Below, one piece after another: positions 39,811 to 50,213 of a DNA stretch of 64,000 nucleotides. The notes below the pieces were generated by a model. It had not been told where the DNA came from and did not search any database. It was given only the letters and a program-made list of their open reading frames with translations. The DNA comes from an uncultured delta proteobacterium (GTDB lineage Bacteria; Myxococcota; Myxococcia; SLRQ01), in NCBI GenBank assembly GCA_963727485.1, contig CAVSGM010000001.1:480001-544000 (forward strand). Reading direction: 5' to 3'. The position numbers were made by a program, and so were the translations under genes. How positions within the stretch are numbered: the first letter of the stretch is position 1; every line of letters begins with the position of its first letter.

Positions 39811-41232
39811 ATGCGACGCGCGACATCCGGAATCCTCGCCGCCCTCCTCTGCGTGGGATTGGTGGCCACCGCGGCCCCGGCCCGCGCCGACGGGCCACCC
39901 CTCCCGCATCTCGAGTACACCCGGTTCGAGCTCAAGAACGGCCTCACGGTCTTCGTGCTCCCGGACCACGCGGTGCCCCAGGCCCAGGTGATCACCTGGT
40001 ACAAGGTCGGGTCGGCGGACGAGCGCCCCGGGCGCACCGGCTTCGCCCACCTCTTCGAGCACCTGATGTTCAAGGGGTCGGCCCACATCCCCGACGGGAA
40101 GATGGACATCCTCCTCGAGGGCGCCGGCGGCTACTCCAACGCCTTCACCTCGAGCGACATGACCGTCTTCTACGACGTCGCCGCCTCGAACTTCCTGGAC
40201 ACCATGCTCTGGATGGAGGCGGACCGCCTCGCCGGCCTCACCGACACCATCGACCAGAAGAAGCTCGACAACCAGCGGGCGGTGGTCCTCAACGAGCGGC
40301 GGCAGAGCTACGAGAACCGGCCCTACGGCATCGCGCCCCTCTTGCTGCGCAAGACCCTGTGGCCCGAAGGCCACGGCTACCACTGGCCGGTCATCGGCTA
40401 TCACAAGGACCTGGCGGCGGCGTCGGTCTCCGACGTGAAGCGCTACTTCCACACCTGGTACGTGCCGAACAACGCGGTGATGGTCATCGCCGGCGACGTC
40501 GACCCGGCGAAGGTGAAGGCGGCGGTGACGAAGTACTTCGCCTGGATCCCCGAGAAGCCCGACCCCAAGCGCCCGGGCTACCAGGTGCTCGGGCCCCTCA
40601 CGAAGTCCACCGACCTCACGGCCACCGACAAGGTCGCGGTGCCCCGGGTCTACCTCGCCTGGCGCGGGCCCCAGAGCTTCTCCAAGGACGAGCCGGCCCT
40701 GGACCTGGCGGCGCGGATCCTCGGGGGCGGGAAGTCGAGCCGCCTCTACAAGACCCTGGTCTACGACAAGCAGGTGGCCCAGGACGTCTCCGCGAGCTTC
40801 GACGCGGAGATGCTCGGGGGTGAGTTCGACATCACGGTCACCGCCAAGCCCGGGGTCGATCCCAAGGTCCTGGAGCAGGCGGTCACCGAGGCGGTGGCCA
40901 GGCTCGGCAAGCGCCCGCCCACGGGGCCCGAGCTCCAGCGGGCCCAGAACCTCCACGAGTCCCAGTTCCTCCAGCAGCTCCAGGCGAGCCTGTGGCGGGG
41001 GATCCAGCTCGCCCAGTACGACGCCCAGGCCGGCAACCCCGACTACCTCGCCAAGGACGTCGAGCGGTACCGGGCGGTGACGCCCGCCGACGTGATGCGG
41101 GTGGTGAAGCACTGGCTCCACCCGAAGGCGCGGGTGCAGCTGGTGATCACCCCGGCGAAGAAGACCCCGGCGACCGCCCCGGCGCCCCGGCCCCAGACGG
41201 CGGCCGCGGCCAAGAAGGAGGTGACCCAGTGA
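39811..41232 (+). CDS. M16 zinc peptidase, catalytic subunit
   Basis: Signal peptide; GFAHLFEHLMFKGS (HxxEH), NAFT, YVPNNA. Confidence 0.95.
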   Translation: MRRATSGILAALLCVGLVATAAPARADGPPLPHLEYTRFELKNGLTVFVLPDHAVPQAQVITWYKVGSADERPGRTGFAHLFEHLMFKGSAHIPDGKMDILLEGAGGYSNAFTSSDMTVFYDVAASNFLDTMLWMEADRLAGLTDTIDQKKLDNQRAVVLNERRQSYENRPYGIAPLLLRKTLWPEGHGYHWPVIGYHKDLAAASVSDVKRYFHTWYVPNNAVMVIAGDVDPAKVKAAVTKYFAWIPEKPDPKRPGYQVLGPLTKSTDLTATDKVAVPRVYLAWRGPQSFSKDEPALDLAARILGGGKSSRLYKTLVYDKQVAQDVSASFDAEMLGGEFDITVTAKPGVDPKVLEQAVTEAVARLGKRPPTGPELQRAQNLHESQFLQQLQASLWRGIQLAQYDAQAGNPDYLAKDVERYRAVTPADVMRVVKHWLHPKARVQLVITPAKKTPATAPAPRPQTAAAAKKEVTQ

Positions 41233-42920
41233 GCCCCATCCGGACCCACGCCCTCGCCCTCGCCGCCGCCCTGACCCTGGTGGCCGGCTGCGCCACCTCG
41301 GGGGCCCAGGCGCCCGCCGCCCCCGCGAAGCCGGCGGCGACCCGGCCCGAGGCCAAGGCCGCGGCCCCCGCGCCGAAGCCCGCTCCCGCCAAGGCCGAGG
41401 CCGCTCCCGCCAAGGCCGAGGCGGCCGAGGCCGCCGCGGCGAGGCCCGCCCCCAAGACCCCACCCCAGGACGAGGCGCCCTGGGCGAGCTCGCCGGTGAA
41501 GGACTGGTCCACCCCGCCCAAGCCCGGGCCGGCGCCGAGCTTCACCCCGCCGACCCCCGAGACCTTCACCCTCCAGAACGGGGTGAAGGTGGTGCTGGTG
41601 GAGCGCCACGCCCTGCCGCTGGTGTCCATGACCCTCATCGTCGACGGCGCCGGCTCCGCCGCCGATCCCAAGGGCGAGGCGGGGCTCGCGGCCTACACCG
41701 CCGACCTCCTCGACGAGGGCGCCGACGGGTTCTCCGCCCTGTCCCTGGCCAAGATCCTCGAGCGCCAGGGGGCGAGCCTCCACACCGGCGTGGCCCGGGA
41801 CTACGGCTACGTCAACATGACGACCCTGTCGAAGACCCTGCAGCTGTCCATGGATCTGTTCGGCAAGGTGGTCACCGAGCCCAGCTTCCACCTCCGGGAC
41901 ACCCAGCGGATCCACAAGCAGCGGATGGTGGCGCTCAAGCAGCGCGGTGACCACGCCTCGGCGGTGGCGTCGATGGTCCTGGCCCAGGCCCTCTACGGGC
42001 GCACCTCGCCCTACGGCCACGCGGTGGACGGCTACCCGAAGACCCTCGCCAAGATCGGCTCGGCCCAGGCGGTGCGCTTCTACCGGCTGCACTGGCGCCC
42101 CAAGGCCATGACCCTGGTGGTGGTGGGCGACGTGAGCCGGGCGGTGCTCGAGCACGACCTGCACATCACCATCGGCTCCTGGCACTTCCGGGGCCGGGGG
42201 GTGCCGCCGGTCCACGTCGCCGGGGCGCCGGCCAAGGCGCCGCGCTTCATCCTCGTCGATCGCCCGGGGGCGCCCCAGAGCGCCCTGCGCATCGGGATGG
42301 CGAGCATCAAGCGCACCAACCCCCGGTTCTTCGACTACTTCGTGGCCAACGCGGTGCTCGGCAACGGCTTCACCAGCCGGCTCAACCATGAGCTCCGGGA
42401 GGTCCTCGGCTACACCTACGGCGCCGGGTCCTACAACGCCTGGCTGCGGGGGAAGAGCCAGTTCGTCATCTACTCGGCGGTGTTCACCCCGCACACGGTG
42501 GACGCGGTGCGCCACGTCATCGCCATGGTCAAGGAACTGGCGAAGACCCCGGTGCCCGCCGCGGAGCTGAAGAAGGCCAAGGACAGCCTCATCCGCGACC
42601 TGCCCAGCCACTTCGAGGGGCTCGACCGGACGGCGAACGTGTTCGGGTCGCTGGTGGCCCTGGGGCTGCCGCTGGACTACTACCAGGGCTACGACGCGAA
42701 GATCCGCGCGGTCACCGCCGCCGGCGTGCAGCAGGCCGCCGCCACGCTCCTCCCCGAGGACCAGCTCACCTTCGTGGTGGTCGGCGACGCCCGGAAGATC
42801 GAGCCGGGGCTTGAGAAGCTCCTGGGCCCGCCGGTGGTGCTGGGGCCCGACGGGCTGCCGGTGAAGGCGCCCAAGGCCCCCAAGGCTCCGGGCGTCACCA
42901 GCAAGACCCCGGCGAAGTAG
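41229..42920 (+). CDS. M16 peptidase non-catalytic subunit (lipoprotein)
   Basis: VAGC lipobox, Ala/Pro/Lys linker; no HxxEH; SRLNHELREVLGYTYG; GTGA coupling. Confidence 0.9.
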   Translation: MSPIRTHALALAAALTLVAGCATSGAQAPAAPAKPAATRPEAKAAAPAPKPAPAKAEAAPAKAEAAEAAAARPAPKTPPQDEAPWASSPVKDWSTPPKPGPAPSFTPPTPETFTLQNGVKVVLVERHALPLVSMTLIVDGAGSAADPKGEAGLAAYTADLLDEGADGFSALSLAKILERQGASLHTGVARDYGYVNMTTLSKTLQLSMDLFGKVVTEPSFHLRDTQRIHKQRMVALKQRGDHASAVASMVLAQALYGRTSPYGHAVDGYPKTLAKIGSAQAVRFYRLHWRPKAMTLVVVGDVSRAVLEHDLHITIGSWHFRGRGVPPVHVAGAPAKAPRFILVDRPGAPQSALRIGMASIKRTNPRFFDYFVANAVLGNGFTSRLNHELREVLGYTYGAGSYNAWLRGKSQFVIYSAVFTPHTVDAVRHVIAMVKELAKTPVPAAELKKAKDSLIRDLPSHFEGLDRTANVFGSLVALGLPLDYYQGYDAKIRAVTAAGVQQAAATLLPEDQLTFVVVGDARKIEPGLEKLLGPPVVLGPDGLPVKAPKAPKAPGVTSKTPAK

Positions 42921-42930
42921 GCCCGGGGCC

Positions 42931-45900
42931 TCAGCCCCGCGGCGGCAGGGTGGGGTGCCGGCGGCTCGGCCGCGGCCCGAAGGCGGGGCGCACCGGGGGC
43001 CGGCGCGCAAGCTCGGCCAGCGCCTCGGCGATGCCGCGCTCGAGCTGGGGATCCTTGCCCGCCGCCCAGTCCTGGGGCGCGATGTCCACCTCGATGTCCG
43101 GGTCGGTGCCGTAGTTCTCCACCGCCCAGCCCACGTCGGCGAACCAGAAGGCGAACTCGGGCTGGGTGGTGAGCCCGCCGTCGACCAGGGTGTAGCGGGG
43201 CTCGATGCCGATGACCCCGCCCCAGGTGCGCTTGCCCACCAGCGGCCCCAGCTTCATCAGCTTGAAGCAGTGGCTGAAGATGTCGCCGTCGGAGCCGGCC
43301 ATCTCGTCGGTCAGCGCCACCAGCGGCCCGGCCGGCGAGTCCTCGGGGTAGGGGACGGGCTGCTGGTGCCGCGGCTGGTCGTAGCCCACCCGGCGCCGGG
43401 CGAGCTTCTCCAACAGGAGCTGGGAGACGTGGCCGCCGCGGTTGTGGCGGACGTCGACGATGAGGGCGTCGCGGTCGGCCTCGGGGAGGAAGCCCCGGTG
43501 GAACTCGGCGTAGCCCGCAGGTCCCATGTCGGGGATGTGGAGGTAGCCGACCTTGCCGGCGGTGGCCTCGTGGACGGCGCGGCGGTTGCCCTCGACCCAG
43601 GCGCGGTAGCGAAGCGGGCTCTCGGAGCCCAGGGTCTTCACGGTGACCTGCCGGGGCTTCTCCTCGCCCCGCTTGACGGTGAGCACGACCTCCACGTCGG
43701 CCTGCTGCACCAGGACCTCGGCCACCGAGCGCTCGGCGCCCACGGGGACGCCGTTCACCGCGAGGATCGCGTCGCCTGGCTTCACGTCGACCCCCGGGCG
43801 CGAGAGGGCGGAGGTGCTCGTGGGATCCCAGGGGTCGCCGGCGGGGATGGCGGCGACCGTCCAGGTGCCGTCGTCGCAGGCGAGGTCGCACGCCGAGGTG
43901 CCCCTGGCGCCACCCGGGCTCGGGGCGGTAGTCGCCGCCGTACTCGTAGGCGTGGCTGGTGCCGAGCTCGCCCTGGAGCTCCCAGAGCAGGTCCGAGAGC
44001 TCGGAGCGCGAGCCCACCCGGTCCAGCAGCGGCCGGTAGCGGTCGCGCACGCCGACCCAGTCCACCTGGGACATGTCGGCGGTCCAGAAGTGGTCGCGCT
44101 GGAGGCGCCAGGCCTCGTGGAACATCTGGCGCCACTCGGCCACCGGGTCCACGGAGATGCGCAGGCGCCCGAGGTCGATCCACCCGGTGCGGCGGTTCAC
44201 CCCGTCGTTCTCCTCGGGGGCCTTGTCGCCGGCGGGGATGACGCGCAGCTCGCCGCCCTCGCGGTAGCACATCGTCGAGGCGTCCTGGGAGAGCCGGAAG
44301 TGGAACACCGAGCCGGCGAGCTCCTCCACCGCCTGCTTCTCCAGGTCGAAGGCAAAGAGCCCGCCGGAGAGCTCCACGTCGGCGTCGTCGCCGAGGGTGC
44401 TGGTGACGGGCCACACGGTCCACAGGGCCTTGCCCTCCACGGCGGCGAGCTGGCCGAAGCGCCCCTCGGGGACCGGGAAGGCGACGACGCGCTCGGCGAT
44501 CCCGTCGAAGTCGATCTCCACCGGGGTGGGGGTGTCGTCGTCGTCGGCGTCGTCGCCCTTGCCCTCGGCCTTGGCGCCGTCCTTCTCGTCCTTGCCGTCC
44601 TTCTCCTCCTCGTCGTCCTTGGCCTTCAGGGGCCGCGGCTCCAGCACGAAGGGCGAGGGCACGTCGGGGCGCAGGCACAGGGCGTAGGGCTTCTCGCCCT
44701 TGGGGAAGCCGAGGTCGAAGTGGAGCCCGTCGTAGACGGGATCGAAGGTGCGGCTGGAGAGGAAGTAGAGCCACTTGCCCTTGGGGTCCCAGGCGGGGTC
44801 CGAGTCCTGGAGCACCGGGCGGGTGACGGTGTGGACCTCGCCCGAGGCCAGGGTCACCACCCGGATCTCCTGGGTGTGGAAGCCGGTGGGGAAGGCGTAG
44901 GCGACGAAGCGCCCGTCGGGGCTGAAGGTGGCGCCGGTGATGGCGCCGTGGTCGCTCTTGTCGAGGACGGTGAGCTTCCCGTCCTCGCGGGTGACGCTGA
45001 TGAGCTCGTTCCGGTCGTTGGTGAGGACCACCCGGTCGGACACCGGCGAGGCCTCGAGGGCGTCGACGCGGCCCTCGAGGGCCTGGATGACCCGGGGCTC
45101 GCCGGTGCCGTCGGCGACGTGGACCTCCAGGGCCTCCTCGCCGGTGGCGTCGCTCACGCACACGAAGTGCTCGCCGTCGTGGAGCCAGCGCGCCAGGCGC
45201 CGGCGCGCCCCGTCGTCGGGGAGGTGGCAGCGCACCGCGCCCTCCCAGTTGCCGAAGGTGAACGCCCGGCCCCGGGCGATGACGGCGAGCGAGTGGCCCT
45301 TGGGGTGGGGGTCGAAGCCCTGGAGGTTCATCCCGGCGTCGACGAAGCGGCGCTGGCGCTCGACCCGGGCGGTGGCGAAGCGCACGGGGATCTCGCGGCT
45401 GCCGCTGGTCGGGTCGAAGACGAAGAGCGCCCCGCCGGCGTGATAGACGATGCGCCGTCCGTCGGTGGACGGGTTCCGGGCGTAGTAGTCGGTATGCTCG
45501 GTGTGGCGCGTGAGGTCCGCGAAGCCCTTGCCCTCGATGGCCACCGAGTAGAGGTTCCCGGTGCCCTCGGCGTCACTCAGGAAGTAGAGGCGCCCGCCGA
45601 GCCACATGGGGCAGGCGAGGTTCCCCTCGAGCTTCAGGGCGTGGAAGGTCCCGCCGCCGTCGGGGTCGAGCCACAGCTGGCCCACGGTGCCCCCGCGGTA
45701 GCGCTTCCACCGGGCCGGGTCGGCGGTGTTGCGCCCGAGGACCACCGCGCCCCCCGGGCCGCCGTCGGCGAGGTCGGTGCCCGGGCCGAAGCCGAGCTTC
45801 GTGAGCGGACCGCCGGCCACCGGCACCTCGAAGAGGAAGCGCTGGTGGGCAAAGGGGCCCGCGTGGTTCGAGGCGAAGCGGACCGAGCGGCCGTCCGCGG

Positions 45901-46186
45901 AGAACCCGATGGGCGCCGCGTCGCCGCCGGTGAAGGTCAGCCGGCGGGCCTCGCCGCCCTCCCCGGGCATGACCCAGACCTCGGTCTGCCCCTCGTCGCG
46001 GCCGGCGTAGGCCAAAAGCGACCCGTCCGGCGAGAACCGGGGGCCCCCGCTCCGGCCGTTGGAGGCGGTGAGGCGCCGGGCGAGGCCGCCGTCGGCGGAC
46101 ACGGCGAAGAGGTCGTCCTCGGAGACGAAGACCACGGTGTCGTCGTGGATCGTGGGCGAGCGGTAGTAGCCGTCGGACTTGGACAT
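42931..46186 (-). CDS. Tricorn-like S41 protease (frameshift ~43890)
   Basis: WKRYRGG, beta-propellers, ELGTSH, GYLHIPDM, DVRHNRGG, AGSDGD, GKRTWGG, ENYGTDPD. Confidence 0.93.
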
Positions 46187-46255
46187 GGGGCACGGGGATA
46201 GCCCACGTGGCGTCCCAAAGAAAGGTGGGAGCAGGCGGGAGCCCGGCCCGGGGCC

Positions 46256-46783
46256 CTACCAGGTGAGCTTCGGCCGGCGGAAGCCCATGGCGACCCAGGC
46301 GCCCAGGAGCTTGAGCAGGAACCGGGCGGGGGTCCTGGGGTGCGCGGGGAGGCCCTCCGGCAGCTCCGTCCCCTCCGGCGCGTCCTCGGTGTTGACGGCC
46401 ATCTCGGGCGCCGGCACCTCGCCGTCGATGCGATCCCGGTAGACCGACAGCCAGTGGCCGGGGGTGAAGTCCAGGACCAGGGGGGCGTGGCAGCAGGTCG
46501 CCACCAGGCGCCGGGTGGGGGACGCGGGCGCCAGGCGCCGCTCCGAGAGGTGCGCGCCGCCGGTGACCACCCGCACCCGGTCCTTGCGGTAGAGGCAGTA
46601 GTCGACGCCGCCGTCCGCCCGGACCACCGGGGGCGCGCCCTCGGCCTCCTCGAGCTGGCGGCCGGCGGTGCGGCAGCTCTCGCAGTAGCAGGTGGCCGAG
46701 AGGATCGGCGCGCCCAGGAGCTCCAGGGACGTCTGGCCGCAGGGGCACGTCGCGGTCAGGGCCGGTCGTGGGGCTGGGGCCAT
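46256..46783 (-). CDS. GFA/Mss4-like zinc-binding protein (DUF6151-like)
   Basis: CPCG...CYCESCR...ATCCHAP. Confidence 0.75.
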   Translation of the reverse strand: MAPAPRPALTATCPCGQTSLELLGAPILSATCYCESCRTAGRQLEEAEGAPPVVRADGGVDYCLYRKDRVRVVTGGAHLSERRLAPASPTRRLVATCCHAPLVLDFTPGHWLSVYRDRIDGEVPAPEMAVNTEDAPEGTELPEGLPAHPRTPARFLLKLLGAWVAMGFRRPKLTW

Positions 46784-48459
46784 GAGGCTCTCCGGCGGAG
46801 TGGGCCCAGGGCGAGCAGGCCCAGGAGGCCGAGCAGCTCCAGCGCGCCACCGCCCCCGGCGCCGGGGGTGACCCCGCAGCCACAGCCGCCGGCCACGTGG
46901 GGGGATCCGGCGCCGCCGCCCGGCGACGACGGGGACCCGCTGCCTCCGTCGGGTGGCGGCGGGGGCTCGAGGGCCGGGGGCAGGGGCGGTGGGGGGACCT
47001 CGGTCGGCGGCTCGAGGCACTGGCCCTGGGTGTCGCAGACCATGGCGCCGGCGCAGGTCCCGCAGCTCCCCCCGCAGCCGTCGTCGCCGCACTGCTTGCC
47101 GCCACACGACGGGAAGCAGATGGCCGCCAGGCTGGCGCCGTCCGGCGTGCCGACCCCGGTCGGGCCGTCCCAGCCCGTGCCGGCGTTGCAGTCCACGGTG
47201 CCGCAGAAGCCGTTGCTGCCGCTGGTGACGTCGTGGAAGCTCGACGCATAGGTGTACGCGAACGATGGATCCACGCCGGCGAGCCCCGTGAGGGCGTAGA
47301 CGCCGGCCACGAACGGGGTGGCGGCGCTGGTCCCGCCGACGGTCACGAAGCCTCCGGCGCCGGCGTTGTAGGTGGCGACGCCGGTCTGGGGGTCGCCGAC
47401 CGCCGCGACGTCGGAGGAGGCCCGGTACTGGCAGACGGTGTCCGGCTCCCAGGCCGGCTTGGGGACCGAGAGGCTGCAGGAGCTGCCGCCGTTGCGCCAG
47501 GCCTGCTCCGACCAGCCCCGGGCGCTCGCGTCCTGCACCAGGGTGGTGCCGCCCACGCCGGTCACGTACGCCGAGGTGCCCGGGTAGTCCGGTCCCTGGC
47601 CACCGTCGTCGTATCCGGAGTCCCCGGTGGCGACGAAGACGCTCACGCCGGGGTGGTTCAGGTACGACTCGTACTTGCTCGGGGCGTTCTGCGAGCTCTC
47701 CGGGCCGCCCCAGGAGTTGCTCACGATCGGGGCCAGCGCGGCGGCGGCGTCGTTGGCGATGAAGAGGCCGTCGCCCTGGTCGTCGTTCGCCTCCACCAGG
47801 ATGAGCTTGCACTTGGGGCAGGCGGCGCTGACCATGTCGAGGTCGAGGGCCGTCTCCTGCGTCCAGTCGTCGTTGAAGGGCGGCGGGCCGGGCAGGGGCG
47901 AGGGCTGTCCATCCTGGTTGACGATCCGGAGGCACCCGCTGGCGATGGTGCACGGCGGCAGGCCGTAGTGGCTCCGGTACTGGGCGAGGTCGCTCTCGGC
48001 GTTGGGGTAGTCGTAGGCGCCCACGATGGCGACGCTGACCTGCGGGTCCACGCTGGGGTCGAGGTCGTAGGCCGCCTCCAGGTCGGTGGCGCCGAGGCCG
48101 CCTGTCTGCGCCAGCGGCTTGATGGTGCCGTCGGCGTAGGTGCGGACCAGGGCGAGACACCTCCAGCGCCCGCCGTTGCAGACCCGCGCCACCGGATCGT
48201 GGGGGACGGCGGCGAAGGCCTCTCGGGTCGTCAGCGGCGAACGGCGCGAGGCGGTGGCGACGCCCGGCGCGCCCCCGCTCATCCCCGGGCCGGGGCTGCA
48301 GCCGCCGGTGAGGGCGAGCGCCAGGAGTGCGGCCGCGAGCCCCGCGCGCCCCCGTGACCGCCCGCGCCCCGAAATACCGCGATCCCACGCCCCGTCGTCT
48401 GTCCCGAGCTGCAAGAGGCCTCCTCCGCGCCAGTGTGCGCCAAGGTCCTCCCATATCAC
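46756..48459 (-). CDS. S53 (sedolisin-like) peptidase with Cys-rich repeat and MYXO-CTERM-like anchor; start uncertain
   Basis: ETALDLD, SNSWG, ATGDSG, VGGT, GGTSAATP, GWDGPTGVGTP; CGDDGCGGSCGTC; GGCGC...LLGLLGLLAL..RRR. Confidence 0.88.
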   Translation of the reverse strand: MIWEDLGAHWRGGGLLQLGTDDGAWDRGISGRGRSRGRAGLAAALLALALTGGCSPGPGMSGGAPGVATASRRSPLTTREAFAAVPHDPVARVCNGGRWRCLALVRTYADGTIKPLAQTGGLGATDLEAAYDLDPSVDPQVSVAIVGAYDYPNAESDLAQYRSHYGLPPCTIASGCLRIVNQDGQPSPLPGPPPFNDDWTQETALDLDMVSAACPKCKLILVEANDDQGDGLFIANDAAAALAPIVSNSWGGPESSQNAPSKYESYLNHPGVSVFVATGDSGYDDGGQGPDYPGTSAYVTGVGGTTLVQDASARGWSEQAWRNGGSSCSLSVPKPAWEPDTVCQYRASSDVAAVGDPQTGVATYNAGAGGFVTVGGTSAATPFVAGVYALTGLAGVDPSFAYTYASSFHDVTSGSNGFCGTVDCNAGTGWDGPTGVGTPDGASLAAICFPSCGGKQCGDDGCGGSCGTCAGAMVCDTQGQCLEPPTEVPPPPLPPALEPPPPPDGGSGSPSSPGGGAGSPHVAGGCGCGVTPGAGGGGALELLGLLGLLALGPLRRRASWPQPHDRP

Positions 48460-48506
48460 GGCCAGGGCGGCCCCGGTTCGAGGCCTACTGGTGTACCCTT
48501 GGGCCC

Positions 48507-49598
48507 GTGGCCGAGACGGGACAGACCGGCGGCGCGCTCGGCGCCTCGGACCAGGCGAACGAGCGCTACCTCGGCGAGGTGCGCCAGGCGGTGCAGGTCG
48601 ACCCGGTAGTGAGGAGCCGGGGGCGGCGCCGCAGCTGGATCATCTTCGCCATCGCCTTCGCCTGGTTCTTCGGCATCGACTTCGGCCGCGAGTGGCTCAA
48701 CGCCCGCCTGGGCCTCCACCTCGCGCCCCTCGGGACCGTTGCCGCGTTCGGCGGCTACTTGGCGCTCGTCGCGTTCTTCCTCCTGACCCGGGTGCTCTGG
48801 CGCCGGCTCAAGGGCTGGGAGGCGGCCCGGGCGGCCCTGCGCACCCCCGACTCGGTGGCCATCATCCGGGAAGGTGAGCGGCAGACCGGGCAGCGGGTCG
48901 CGGCCATGCCGGACCGGGACGCTGCGCTCATCCACAACCGGGCGCGCCTGCACCTCCTCTACGGCGAGGTGGTCGCCGCCCGGGAGACCCTGGCCATGGT
49001 CGACTGGGATCACCGGGCGCCGGTGATCCACGCCATGGGCATTGCCGACGAGGCGGCCCTGGCGCTCCTGTGCACCGGCGACGCACGGCGGGGGCTCGAG
49101 CTGGCCCGGCGGGCCCTGGAGATGGGCACCCTGCGCCGCCGCTGGTACCGGATCCGGCTGCGCCAGCCTTGGCGCGAGGCCCTGGTGGCTCTGGGCGAGG
49201 CGCGCACCGGCGAGTTCACCGCCCGGACCCTCCAGCGGATGGGGCGGCTCCGGCGCCTCGCCAACGACCTCCCGGCGCGGGCCCTCGCGGCCCGGGTCCT
49301 CTACCTCGCCGCCCATCGGGCAGGGAACGCGCAACGCGCCGAGCACCTGCGTCGCTGGCTCCAGGAGACGGTGCCCCACTGTGCGCCCCTCCTCGCCCCC
49401 GCCGACGGGCCGCCCCCGGATGCCGAGTGGGCCCGGGACCCGGGCGAGCCCGGTCGCGCGGTGCTCCCCAACGCCTGGAGCGGGCCCCGGCCGGCGAAAC
49501 CCGGGCGGTCGGTCTGGCGGCGCCTCGTCATGCCGCTGGTGCTGAGCGCCATCTTCGTCGCCAGCGCGGAGATCGTCCTCCACCTGCTGGCGCGGTGA
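48507..49598 (+). CDS. Uncharacterised membrane protein, paralog A
   Basis: Two N-terminal TMs, helical domain, C-terminal TM; shares motifs with 50214..51695. Confidence 0.75.
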   Translation: MAETGQTGGALGASDQANERYLGEVRQAVQVDPVVRSRGRRRSWIIFAIAFAWFFGIDFGREWLNARLGLHLAPLGTVAAFGGYLALVAFFLLTRVLWRRLKGWEAARAALRTPDSVAIIREGERQTGQRVAAMPDRDAALIHNRARLHLLYGEVVAARETLAMVDWDHRAPVIHAMGIADEAALALLCTGDARRGLELARRALEMGTLRRRWYRIRLRQPWREALVALGEARTGEFTARTLQRMGRLRRLANDLPARALAARVLYLAAHRAGNAQRAEHLRRWLQETVPHCAPLLAPADGPPPDAEWARDPGEPGRAVLPNAWSGPRPAKPGRSVWRRLVMPLVLSAIFVASAEIVLHLLAR

Positions 49599-49617
49599 GG
49601 CCGCCCGGCCTCTGCCC

Positions 49618-50097
49618 CTACGAGGCCGCCGGCACCGCGGGCTCGAGCCCCCCGAGGAGCTCCTCGCGCAGGTACCGCCACCCCGGGTCGCGCTTCTCCA
49701 TCACCTCGACCGGCCGCCGCCGCTCGCCGCGCAGGGCGTCCTCCAGGCGCTGACGGCACTGCGCCGGGTCGCCAGTGTAGAAGACCCACTCCCGCGCCCC
49801 GTCGAAGGTGACGATGGCGACCAGGATCGCCGTGGCGTCGGTCTCCCAGACCTCGTGGAGCCGGCGCTCGAGGTCGTTCATCTCCTGGATCGCCTCGGCG
49901 GCGGGCATCGTCCCCTGGCCCGGGTCGGCGTAGGGCCAGGTCACCCGGAGGCTGTGGTCGAAGCCGGCGGCGTCCTCGGCCGCCGGCACCGGCACCCGGT
50001 ACCGGAGGGCCACCGGGAACCCGAGCCCCTCACCCTTTGCCACTTGCCACTGGTCCGCCTCGATGTACTGCCGGATTGCGGTCATTGCGTCCTCCAT
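49618..50097 (-). CDS. DUF695-like protein
   Basis: VTWPY...GTMP...EMNDLE...VTFDGAREWVFYT...DPGWRY. Confidence 0.75.
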   Translation of the reverse strand: MEDAMTAIRQYIEADQWQVAKGEGLGFPVALRYRVPVPAAEDAAGFDHSLRVTWPYADPGQGTMPAAEAIQEMNDLERRLHEVWETDATAILVAIVTFDGAREWVFYTGDPAQCRQRLEDALRGERRRPVEVMEKRDPGWRYLREELLGGLEPAVPAAS

Positions 50098-50213
50098 GGG
50101 GGTAGTAGCCTAGAGGATCGCCAGATGACTGTCCAGTGAGCGACCTACTGGGGTACCCTTACGGGTGGGAGGCCCTGCATGGCGCATCGGATGTCGCAGG
50201 AGACTGGCCAGCG

